This document shows positions 1 to 9,081 of a DNA stretch of 64,000 nt, in pieces. A model generated the notes under the pieces. The model saw nothing but the letters and a program-made list of their open reading frames with translations. It had not been told where the DNA came from and made no database searches. A program made the position numbers and the translations under genes. Numbering within the stretch: position 1 is the stretch's first letter; each line of letters opens with the position of its first letter. This DNA comes from an uncultured Pseudomonadota bacterium (GTDB taxonomy: Bacteria > Pseudomonadota > Alphaproteobacteria > JACZXZ01): NCBI GenBank assembly GCA_963749075.1, contig CAVVLJ010000016.1, positions 1,088,001-1,152,000 on the forward strand, written 5' to 3'.

Positions 1-671
1 AAGGCGAGCGAGTGGCCAACCGTGCTGTCGCCCGAGATGCGCGCCGCGAGACGCGCCGCGTCGCCCACCTCGCGGCCCGCCATGAGGCGCTCGGTGCCCT
101 TGTGGACGTAGCCGAGCCGCGCCTCGAGCCGCACCACCGTCTCGCCGCTGGCGTGAAAGCGGAAGTGCCCCGGCTCGATGATGCCGGCATGGACGGGCCC
201 GACCGGGATCTGATGAAGCGCCTCGCCCTCGGCGGCGAGGAAGGCATATTCGCTCGCGGGCCGTGCCGTGGCCGGCTCGGGCCGCGTCGACAGCGGGTGG
301 CGCAGCGCCCATTGCCCGTGGTCGAGCCAGGGGCGCGCGTCGACGAGCCCGTCGGCCGTAAGGCCGCTCAAGTCCTGGATCGCGCGCTCGAGCCGGATGG
401 CGCCCGGACGCACGGCCGAGAGCGAGGGAAAGCGCCCCTCCGGACAGGGCAGCGAGACGATGGCGAGCGCCTTGCTCGCCTCCTCGAAAACCGCCGCGTG
501 AACTTCGGCGGGCTCGGCCCAGAGGGCGAGGAGCGCCCAGTCGGTCTGCCCGAGCCGTGCGATGAGAGTTTGCCAGCCGTCCGGAGAAAGGCGCACGCGC
601 GGCCAGGGGCCATGCTCCGGCACCGGCGTGCCCAGGCCGAGGAAGCCCGGGAGATCGGCAGCGTCGCTCAT
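1..671 (-). CDS. hyfG: HyfG/HycE-like (NuoCD-type) large subunit of a hydrogenase-4-like/Ehr complex, runs off the window edge
   Basis: Not in the ORF track; translated by hand from ATG 671 (GAGGAG RBS): MSDAADLPGFLG...LHQIPVGPVHAGIIEPGHFRFHASGETVVRLEARLGYVHKGTE...RISGDSTVGH. Same strand as, and downstream of, hyfBCEF. Confidence 0.9.
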   Translation of the reverse strand, partial: MSDAADLPGFLGLGTPVPEHGPWPRVRLSPDGWQTLIARLGQTDWALLALWAEPAEVHAAVFEEASKALAIVSLPCPEGRFPSLSAVRPGAIRLERAIQDLSGLTADGLVDARPWLDHGQWALRHPLSTRPEPATARPASEYAFLAAEGEALHQIPVGPVHAGIIEPGHFRFHASGETVVRLEARLGYVHKGTERLMAGREVGDAARLAARISGDSTVGHSLA

Positions 672-870
672 CCGGTTCTCCTCTTCCGGGCGGCAACCGG
701 GAGACCCGGTTTCGCCCGATCAATACCGGCTCTCGCGGAGGGCCGCAATGGCCTGATGGCGCAGCGCCGCGAGCCGCCGGGTGCGGCCCGGCGCAAGCTT
801 GTACGGATCGGACAATGTGGTAGATAATCGCCCGGCGTCACGGAACGGCCGCTTTTGCAAGGTGGGGGCG

Positions 871-3094
871 ATGGCCGAGTTCGACCCGCGGTTCCTGGAT
901 ATTCTCCGCAAGCGGATCGCGTGGATGCGGCAGAACGGGAAATTGCTGCCCGAAGCCAAGCTCAAGGAGCACTACCGCAGCTTCGCCGGCCGTTTCGGGC
1001 CCGAGCGCCTGGCGAGCGTGAACGGCGAGCCGCTGCTCCGGCTCATGCACCAGCGCCAGTCGCCGAACTCCTTGCTGCACTGGCTCGAGACCAAGGACGA
1101 CGCCGAATTCCCCAAGGGCATCGGCAGCATGATGGGCGAGAGTGCCACGAGCTACGGCGTCTATCAGTCGGCTTCCGGCGGCGCCTGGCTCAAGGACGGG
1201 CCACGGGGGGACGAGGAGATTCTCGCTGCGCGAGGCGGTCGGCTTCGCCGAGGCGCAGCGCGACGAGCTCTTGCGCGGCTGCGAGCTCCTGCGCGCGCTG
1301 CCGCCCGAGGCCGGCGACGACGAATACGCGAACCTCGATGCGGAGATGGGCCAGTTGGCCCACAGCGTGAGCGGCACTGCCTGGGGCCACCGCTACTTCA
1401 CCCTCGTCCATCCCGAGAAGCTGGATCACTTCCACAGCCCCGTCTACCAGCGCTTCCACCTCATCAAGTCGCTGCAGCTGCCGCCGGAGGAGACCGGGCG
1501 CTACGCCTGCGCGGGACGCTTCGTGGCGCTTGCGCGCGCGCTCGAAGTGCCCATGAGCCACCTCGTCACGATGCTCAACTACCGCAATGGCCGGCCGCAC
1601 GGCTATTGGCGCGTCTGGGCCGAGGAGGAGGACGGCGACAAGGGCTCCTGGCTCCTCATGCAGGCGCGCTCATGCATGGCCATCGGCTGGCCGGCGCTCG
1701 GCAATCTCGATTGGCTGCTCGACGAGAATGCCGACGAGGACAGGCTCACCCAGCTCCTGCAGCAGCACTATCCGACCAATCCGCGCGCCATCGGCCATGC
1801 GCGGCGGCAGATCCTGAATTTCATCCTGCGCGCAAGGCCGGGCGACTTCGTCGTGGCCGCCGACGGCAGGGGCAACCTCGGCATCGGCCGCGTCAAGGGC
1901 AACTACAGCTTCGACGCCAACGCGGCATTTCCCCATCAGCGGCAGGTCGAGTGGCTGAACCTGGAAACCTGGCTGATGCCGGAGACGGAGGCGCCGCGCA
2001 CGATCTTCTGGCAGCTCCTCAACCAGCTCAACCTGATCGCCGTCGAGCGGCGCCTTGCCGGCCTCTCGCCGCCGCCGGCGGTGCCGCGCGGGCGCATGGT
2101 CGATACCTCGCCGGTGGTGGCGCGCATCCGCTCGGCGCTGCAGCGCAAGGGCCAGGTGATCCTTCACGGACCGCCGGGGACGGGAAAGACCCATTGGGCG
2201 CTGCGCGCCGCCTTCCAGCTCAGCACGCGGGAGGAGCCTCCCGGCAAGGTCGAGTTCTGCGCCTTCCATGCCGGCTTCGGCTACGAGGACTTCATCGAGG
2301 GGCTGCGCCCTGCGCCGCTCGAGGCGGGCGCCGGCTTCCGCCTCGAGGACGGCGTCTTCAAGAGGCTGTGCGCGGCGGCGGAGGAGGAGCCCAACCGCAA
2401 TTTCTATCTGGTCATCGACGACATCAACCGGGGCGACGTTCCGCGCATCTTCGGCGAGCTCATGACCGTCATCGAGAAGAACAAGCGCAGCCTCGACGTG
2501 ATGCTGCCGCTGAGCAAGACGCATTTCTCGGTGCCGGAGAACGTCCTCCTCATCGGCACGATGAATACGGCGAGCCGCGCGGTATCGGCGTTCGACGCGG
2601 CGCTGCGCCGGCGCTTCGCCTTCATCGAGTTGATGCCCGACGCCTCGGTCCTGGGAGACGCGGAGATCGAGGGCATCCGGCTCGCCTCGCTCATGGAGGA
2701 GCTCAACCGCAGGATCCTCGCCCACGTCGCCGCCGACGCGCGGCATTTCCAGGTCGGCCAGTCCTATTTCCTGCGCAGCGAGCAGCCGATCGGGGATTTC
2801 ACCTCGCTCGCCGAAGTGCTGCAGAACGAGATCGTTCCCCTCCTCGAGGAGTACTGCGGTCACGACTTCGCGGCGCTCGAGGACGTGCTCGGAGCGGAGC
2901 TGATCGACAAGCCGCGCCTGCGCGTCCGTCACGAGATGTTCGAGCGGCCGTCTTGGGAGAGGCTCACCGAGATCCTGCGGGAGATCGCCGGGGCGGGTGC
3001 CGCCGTGGCGGAGCCCGAGCAGAGTTCGACGACCCGTGCGGCGCTGAAGCGCCTCTCCAGCTCCACCGGCGAGGGCCCGCCCGCTATTGCGTGA
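871..3094 (+). CDS. McrB-family AAA+ GTPase with large N-terminal recognition region; +1 frameshift at ~1221
   Basis: ATG 871 frame (MAEFDPRFL...GDEEI) joins the 1142..3094 frame (SLREAVG...). Motifs GPPGTGKT, FHAGFGYEDFIEG, VIDDINRG..RIFGEL, IGTMNTASR, DAALRRRF, VGQSYFL, NEIVPLLEEY. Confidence 0.85.
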
Positions 3095-3329
3095 GCGTCT
3101 GCCAGCCGCTGCCCCAGCTCTCGGGGCCGGGGATGGCATCCACCCAGGTCGCGATCAGCACGACCCAGATCAGGATGGCGCCCATCGCGATGAGCGGGCG
3201 GCCGTAGTTTCGCGCGTAAAGGAATCCCATGAGGGCGGCGAAGATGAGCGCCTTCCAGGTCGCGACCTGAAGAAAGACGAGTGCCGCCGTGAAAACACCG
3301 GCAAAGAGCACCGTCTCGAACCCGGCCAT
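3084..3329 (-). CDS. small hypothetical membrane protein (81 aa, 2-3 TM segments)
   Basis: ATG 3329 after GGGGGAG; strongly hydrophobic MAGFETVLFAGVFTAALVFL...; host-like codon use. Confidence 0.6.
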   Translation of the reverse strand: MAGFETVLFAGVFTAALVFLQVATWKALIFAALMGFLYARNYGRPLIAMGAILIWVVLIATWVDAIPGPESWGSGWQTLTQ

Positions 3330-3464
3330 CACTCCCCCCTCGACGCGCAGCACGGGGACCATCGCTCGGCTGCCGAAGCGGCAAGGCGCCCGCGGCCGCG
3401 CGACCGATTATCCATGACCCTCCGGCCGCGGACAAGCAACCTTAGCCGCACCATGGCAGCGGCG

Positions 3465-4898
3465 CTAGCCCAGGAGCCGCGCCACGTTCTGGAACCAGCT
3501 CACCAGCGCCGCCGGAAGATAGAGACCGGCCACCAGCACGAGCGCCAGATGCACTGCGAGCGGCACGAGCGTCGCGGTGCGCGCCGGACCGCCGCCTTCG
3601 CCCGCCCCGAAGGCGAGGCCTTGCAGGCGGAGGAGGAGCGCTCCGAAGCCCACGAGCAGGCCGACGATGAGCGGGACGGCGAGGAGAGGTGCTCGCGCGA
3701 AGGTCGAGCTCACCACCAGGAACTCGCTCATGAAGACGCCGAACGGCGGCAGGCCGGCGATCGCCACGACGCCTACGACGAGGGCCCAGCCGAGCAGCGG
3801 CTGGCTCGCGGTGAGGCCGCGGATCTCGGCGATCTTCTGCGTGCCCTTGATCTGCGTGGCGTGGCCGACGGCGAAGAAGATCGCGGATTTGGTCAGGCTG
3901 TGCATGGTCATATGGAGGAGCCCCGCGAAATTGGCGAGCGCTCCGCCCATGCCGAAGGCGAAGGTGATGATGCCCATGTGCTCGATCGACGAATAGGCGA
4001 AGAGGCGCTTGATGTCGCGCCGCCGGTAGAGCATGAAGCTCGCGAGGAGGAGCGAGCTCAGGCCCATGCCGATCATGAGCGGCCCGGGTGCGATCGCCTG
4101 GGGATTGCCCGCCAGCAGTATCTTGAAGCGCAGCACCGCGTAGAGGGCCACGTTCAGTAGGAGCCCCGAGAGCACCGCCGAGATCGGCGTCGGACCTTCC
4201 GCATGCGCGTCGGGGAGCCAGGCGTGGAGCGGTGCCAACCCGACCTTGGTGCCGTAGCCGACGAGGAGGAAGACGAAGGCGAGATTGAGGATCGCCGGGC
4301 TGAACTTGCCGACCTCGGGGAGGAGCGTCGACCAGGTCATGGCGGGGAGGCCGGCGCCGACCACGGGCTCCGCCGCGAGATACATGAGCGTGGTGCCGAA
4401 GAGCGCCAAGGCGATGCCCACGCCGCAGAGGATGAAATACTTCCACGACGCCTCGAGTGCCGCCGGCGTGCGATAGAGCCCGACCATGAGCACGGTGGTG
4501 AGCGTGGCGCCCTCGACGGCCACCCACATGACGCCGAGATTGTTGGCCGAGAGCGCCAGCAGCATGGTGAAGATGAAGCCCTGGAACATCGAGTGGTAGA
4601 AGCGGACGTAGCGCGCGTCGAGCCGCCCGATCGCGATCTCGTGGAGGATGTAGTGCTGGCTGAAGAGGCTCGTGGTGAAGGCGACGAAGGCGGTGAGCGC
4701 CAGGAGATAGATGTTGAAGTCGTCGATCAGGAAGAAGGGCGTCGTCGCCGGCCGCACCGCGAAGGGCACCAGGCTGGCGGCGAACGTCAGCGCGGAGGCG
4801 AGGACGTTGAGCCGCGCCGCGATCCTGTAGGAGGGGATGGCCGCGAAGAGGAGCGCCGCGAGCACGGGCGTGCCGAGTATGAGGACGAGGGGGTTCAT
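3465..4898 (-). CDS. hyfF: hydrogenase-4 component F (antiporter-like membrane subunit)
   Basis: EASWKYFILCGVG, GYGTKVGLAPLHAWLPDAHAEGPTPISAVLSG, KRLFAYSSIEHMG; ATGA overlap with the hyfE stop. Confidence 0.93.
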   Translation of the reverse strand: MNPLVLILGTPVLAALLFAAIPSYRIAARLNVLASALTFAASLVPFAVRPATTPFFLIDDFNIYLLALTAFVAFTTSLFSQHYILHEIAIGRLDARYVRFYHSMFQGFIFTMLLALSANNLGVMWVAVEGATLTTVLMVGLYRTPAALEASWKYFILCGVGIALALFGTTLMYLAAEPVVGAGLPAMTWSTLLPEVGKFSPAILNLAFVFLLVGYGTKVGLAPLHAWLPDAHAEGPTPISAVLSGLLLNVALYAVLRFKILLAGNPQAIAPGPLMIGMGLSSLLLASFMLYRRRDIKRLFAYSSIEHMGIITFAFGMGGALANFAGLLHMTMHSLTKSAIFFAVGHATQIKGTQKIAEIRGLTASQPLLGWALVVGVVAIAGLPPFGVFMSEFLVVSSTFARAPLLAVPLIVGLLVGFGALLLRLQGLAFGAGEGGGPARTATLVPLAVHLALVLVAGLYLPAALVSWFQNVARLLG

Positions 4899-5569
4899 CC
4901 GCCGCGCTCGCCGCGGAAGCGCTCGAGGTGATGGACGTCGAGCGTGTCGAAGCGCTCGCGGATGTGGAAGAAAAAGATGCCGAAGATGATGAAGGCGACC
5001 ATCACGGAGAAGGCGATGGAGAGCTCGACCACGAACGGCATGCCCTTCACGCCGACCGCGGCCAGGATGAGGCCGTTCTCGAGCGACATGAAGCCCACGA
5101 CCTGGCTCACCGCATTGCGCCGGCTGATCATCATGAGCAGTCCGAGCAGCACCACCGAGAGTGCCGTCGCCAGGCTTTCGCGCGTGAGCGCTCCGGCCGC
5201 AACCGTCACCGGGAGGACGAGGAGGATGGAGAGCGCCACCAGCGCCATGCCCCCGACCATCGTGGGACCGACGCCGATCACCGTCTCGATGGTGCGGTGG
5301 ATGCGCAAGGCGACGATGATGCGGTGGAGGGCCAGGGGGATGATGATGGCCTTGAGGACGAGGGCGATGCCGGCGGTGATGTAGAGGTGCGGGGCGTTCT
5401 GCGCATGGGCCTGCCAGGCCGCCGCCGCCGCGAGCACGAAGGCCTGCCAGGCATAGGTCTTGATCACGCCGAAGAGACGCCTCTGATAGAGCAGGGCGAA
5501 GCTCAGGAGAAGCACGCCCGTGTCGAGGAGATGGGCGGTATCGTAGGCGGTGTTCGCGAAGCTCGGCAT
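4895..5569 (-). CDS. hyfE: hydrogenase-4 component E
   Basis: MPSFANTAYDTAHLL...SRRNAVSQVVGFMSLENG...FDTLDVHHLERFRGE; TGATG overlap with hyfC. Confidence 0.92.
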   Translation of the reverse strand: MPSFANTAYDTAHLLDTGVLLLSFALLYQRRLFGVIKTYAWQAFVLAAAAAWQAHAQNAPHLYITAGIALVLKAIIIPLALHRIIVALRIHRTIETVIGVGPTMVGGMALVALSILLVLPVTVAAGALTRESLATALSVVLLGLLMMISRRNAVSQVVGFMSLENGLILAAVGVKGMPFVVELSIAFSVMVAFIIFGIFFFHIRERFDTLDVHHLERFRGERGG

Positions 5570-6516
5570 CAGAGGCCCTGCGAGACGTAAAGGAACACCG
5601 CGGCGAGGAGGCCGAGGAGGAGAGCTCCGCCGAGGAGCTCGCCCACCCGGAAGACGCGCATCTTGGCGATGCTCGTCTCGAAGAGGCCGAGCAGCACGCC
5701 GCCCGCCGCGAGCTTGCCGAGATAGGCGGCAATGCCGATCGCCAAGCTGCGGCCGCCGCCCGCCTCGAGCGCCAGGCCCCAGGGGGCGAAGAGGCAGGCG
5801 ACGAGCGAGATGTAGAGCACCAGCTTGAGCATCGCCGCGGCCTCGATGAGCGCCAGATGGCGACCGGAATATTCCAGCACCATGGCCTCGTGCACCATGG
5901 TGAGCTCGAGGTGGGTCGCCGGATTGTCGACCGGGATGCGGCCGTTCTCGGCGATCGCCACCATCATGAGCGAGACCGCGGCTAGCCCGAGCGAGACGCG
6001 GATGCCCACGCCGTGCGTCAGCACGAACTCGGCGATGTGCGGCAGCGAGGTCGTGCGCACGAGGAGCGCCATGGTGAAGATCACCATCAGCATGGCGGGC
6101 TCGGCGAGCGAGGCGATCATCATCTCGCGGCTGGCGCCGATGCCGCCGAAGCTCGTGCCCGCGTCGATCCCGGCAAGGGCGAGGAGGAAGCGCGCGCTGC
6201 CGAGGAGTGCTACGAGTGCGATGAGGTCCGCGGTGGGGGCGAGGATGAGGCCCGTGGCGAAAGTCGGCACGATGGCGGCGGCGAGCCACACGGCGGTGAA
6301 GATGAGATAGGGGCTCACACGGAAGAGCCAGGAGGCGTTCTCGGCCAGCACGACCTCCTTGCCGAGGAGGCGCCGGAGGTCGCGGTAGGGCTGGATGAGC
6401 GAGGGACCGCGGCGGCCGAGCAGGCGCGCCTTGACGAGGCGCACGAGGCCGCAGAGGAGCGGCGCCACCGCGACCGTGAGGGCGAGCTGAAGAATCTCGA
6501 GCGCCAAGGCTCTCAT
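5569..6516 (-). CDS. hyfC: hydrogenase-4 component C / HycD (NuoH-like membrane subunit)
   Basis: GRRGPSLIQPYRDL, FGGIGASRE, AENGRIPVDNPATHLELTMVHEAMVLEYSG. Confidence 0.93.
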   Translation of the reverse strand: MRALALEILQLALTVAVAPLLCGLVRLVKARLLGRRGPSLIQPYRDLRRLLGKEVVLAENASWLFRVSPYLIFTAVWLAAAIVPTFATGLILAPTADLIALVALLGSARFLLALAGIDAGTSFGGIGASREMMIASLAEPAMLMVIFTMALLVRTTSLPHIAEFVLTHGVGIRVSLGLAAVSLMMVAIAENGRIPVDNPATHLELTMVHEAMVLEYSGRHLALIEAAAMLKLVLYISLVACLFAPWGLALEAGGGRSLAIGIAAYLGKLAAGGVLLGLFETSIAKMRVFRVGELLGGALLLGLLAAVFLYVSQGL

Positions 6517-8519
6517 TGGCTCACCGCGATCAGCACGAGCAGGATCACGAGCGCCGCGAACATCAGGCTGAGATAGCGCCTGATGGTGAGGAACTGCGTC
6601 GCATTGAGCCTGTCCGCGAGGTAGGAGACGAGGCGCTGGATGGGCACATAGATGCCCTCCCAGGCGGGATCGCGGAGCGTCGCCTCGAAATGCGCCGGCC
6701 GCGGATCGCCGGGCTCGGGCATGTCCACCTGCTCGCGGGCGGCGAAGGCGACCGTGCCGAAGACGCGGCGGATCGGCTGGGCGAAGCTCGCGGCGCTGTA
6801 CTGAGTCTCCGGCCGCGCATCGGGAAAGCCGCAGTCCCAGGCTGGAGCGCGCCGCACGCGGTTGGAGGCGAAGCGGTGGATGACGAGCACCAGGACGCCG
6901 GCGAGGAGGCCCACGGCCACGAGCACGATGAAGCCGCTATAGGAGCTGCGCTCGATGCCGAGCGGCACGAGCAGAAGCCAGCTCGTGTCCGCGAGCGGCG
7001 GCGCCGGCGTCGCGATGAGCTCGCCCACGACCGGGCGCAGAAGTGCGACTACCACGGACGGCAGCACGCCGAGCGCCACGCAGAGTGCCGCGAGGCCCGC
7101 GAGCGGCGCCAGCATGACGCTCCCCACCTCCCGCGCTGCGCCGGCGGCAGCACTCCGCGCGCGGCCGAGGAAGACGATGCCGAAGGCCTTCACGAAACAG
7201 ACGGCCGCGAGTGCCGCGGAGAGCGCCAGCGCAGCCCCCACCACCGGCACGGCAAATTTGGGCATCCAGGCGGCCAGGCGCGAGCCCTCGAGGATCGCCT
7301 GAAAGGTGAGCCACTCGGAGACGAAGCCGTTGAACGGCGGCAGCGCCGAGATGGCGGCGGAGCCGATGAGGAAGGTGAAGGCGGTCACCGGCATGCGGTG
7401 GATGAGCCCGCCCAGGCGCTCCATGTCGCGCTCCCCCGTCGCCTTGAGCACGGCGCCCGCGCCGAAGAAGAGCAGGCTCTTGAAGATCGCGTGATTGAGC
7501 ACGTGGAAGAGTGCGGCGGTGAGCGCCAGCGCCGCGAACGCCGGCAGCGCCTCGGCGCGGAAGGCGAGCGCCAGGCCGAGGCCGATCACGATGATGCCGA
7601 TGTTCTCGACCGTGTGATAGGCGAGCAGGCGCTTGAGGTCGTGCTGCATCAGCGCATAGAGCACGCCCAGGACCGCAGTCAAGCCGCCGAGGAGGAGGAC
7701 CGCCGTGCCCCACCACGGCTGCGGCGCGCCGACAAGGTCGAAGAGGATGCGCACGAGGCCGTAGATCGCGACCTTGGTCATCACCCCGCTCATCAGCGCC
7801 GAGACGTGGCTGGGTGCGGCCGGATGCGCGAGCGGCAGCCAGACGTGAAGCGGCACGAGGCCGGCCTTGGAGCCCGCGCCGATGAGCGCCAGCACGAGCA
7901 CGCCCGCGGCCATGAGCGGCGTCAGATGGTGGGCGCGAATCGCGGCGAAGCTGTAATCGCCCCCGGCGCCCGCGAGCAGCCCGAAGGCGAGGAGGAGTGC
8001 GATCGTGCCGGCAGAGGCCATGACGATGTAGACGTAGGCCGCGTGGCGGGTGTCGGCCTCCTCGTGGGTCGCGAGCACGAGAAGCCACGAGCTCAGCGAC
8101 ATGAATTCCCAGGCGAGGAGAAAGATGAAGGCGTCGTCGGCCACCACCACGAGGCTCATGCCGGCGAGGAAGAGCGGATAGAACGGCAGCACCCGCTCGG
8201 GCTCGCCCTCGTGCCGTGCGTATTGCCAGGCGAAGAGGCTCGCGGCGGCACCTATGAGGTTGACGACGAAGAGGAAATAGCCCGAGAGCCGGTCGAGCGA
8301 GAGATGCCCGGAGAGCCATGGCAGCCCGATGGGGAGCGTCAGGCTCTCGGCGCCGCCGCCGCGGCCGATGCTGAGAAGTGCTGCCGCCGCGAGCAGGCCG
8401 CAGGCGGCGAGCGAGCCGCCGTAGACGACGTCGTGGGCGCGCGGCAGCCGTGCTCCGGCCATGCCGACCGGGCTCAGCGCCAGAAGTCCCAGGATGGCGC
8501 CTGCGACGGTCGACAGCAT
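6513..8519 (-). CDS. hyfB: hydrogenase-4 component B (NuoL-like membrane subunit)
   Basis: KAGLVPLHVWLPLAHPAAPSHVSALMSGVMTK, KRLLAYHTVENIG, PPFNGFVSEWL, WDCG..QYSAASFAQP; likely ATG 8519. Confidence 0.93.
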   Translation of the reverse strand: MLSTVAGAILGLLALSPVGMAGARLPRAHDVVYGGSLAACGLLAAAALLSIGRGGGAESLTLPIGLPWLSGHLSLDRLSGYFLFVVNLIGAAASLFAWQYARHEGEPERVLPFYPLFLAGMSLVVVADDAFIFLLAWEFMSLSSWLLVLATHEEADTRHAAYVYIVMASAGTIALLLAFGLLAGAGGDYSFAAIRAHHLTPLMAAGVLVLALIGAGSKAGLVPLHVWLPLAHPAAPSHVSALMSGVMTKVAIYGLVRILFDLVGAPQPWWGTAVLLLGGLTAVLGVLYALMQHDLKRLLAYHTVENIGIIVIGLGLALAFRAEALPAFAALALTAALFHVLNHAIFKSLLFFGAGAVLKATGERDMERLGGLIHRMPVTAFTFLIGSAAISALPPFNGFVSEWLTFQAILEGSRLAAWMPKFAVPVVGAALALSAALAAVCFVKAFGIVFLGRARSAAAGAAREVGSVMLAPLAGLAALCVALGVLPSVVVALLRPVVGELIATPAPPLADTSWLLLVPLGIERSSYSGFIVLVAVGLLAGVLVLVIHRFASNRVRRAPAWDCGFPDARPETQYSAASFAQPIRRVFGTVAFAAREQVDMPEPGDPRPAHFEATLRDPAWEGIYVPIQRLVSYLADRLNATQFLTIRRYLSLMFAALVILLVLIAVSQ

Positions 8520-9081
8520 GGAGCCAGAACCTCTCACGCACGCTTCGGCGGAACAGTCGTGCTCGCCGGACAAGGCGATCCCGCGTCGCTTCGACGGCGC
8601 TGCGAGGGGATGCCGCATGGCTGTCGCGGCTGAACGCGCCGCGGACGGCGTGCAGCATCAAGATCGCGGCGCGGACCCTAATATGGCAGAGCCCCCAGCG
8701 TCAATGCGGACGAGAGACGGCAGCCGGCATGGGTGCGGCCATGCGCTGTCCCGAGGGCGGACTTTTATCCCCCTCTTATTCCGAATCAACGCTTGCCTGC
8801 CCGCATATGGCAGGTTACGGTTGCCACGCGCAGTGCGAGTGCTCAAGACCCAAGAGAGGCCTCACGGGCCGCTGCGGTCAGGGGAAGAGGCGGGCGGAGC
8901 ACGGGAGGGGGCCGGACGCTGACCGGCGCCGCGGCACGATGAGCCGGAGGCGGCCGTCAGACAGCCTGGCCAATCGCCGGAGGGTGCGGCGCGCGGCCAA
9001 CATGCCGCGCGGGAGGCGCGTTGTGTCGAGGGCGCGCCTCTGTGCATTCCGGACGCAGAGAGGACGGGAGGTGGCGGCAAC

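Noticed and set aside
3465-6289. Apparent N-terminal extensions or fusions of hyfF and hyfE in the ORF track
   Set aside because: True starts overlap the upstream stops (ATGA, TGATG); the extensions are off-frame read-through of neighbouring genes.
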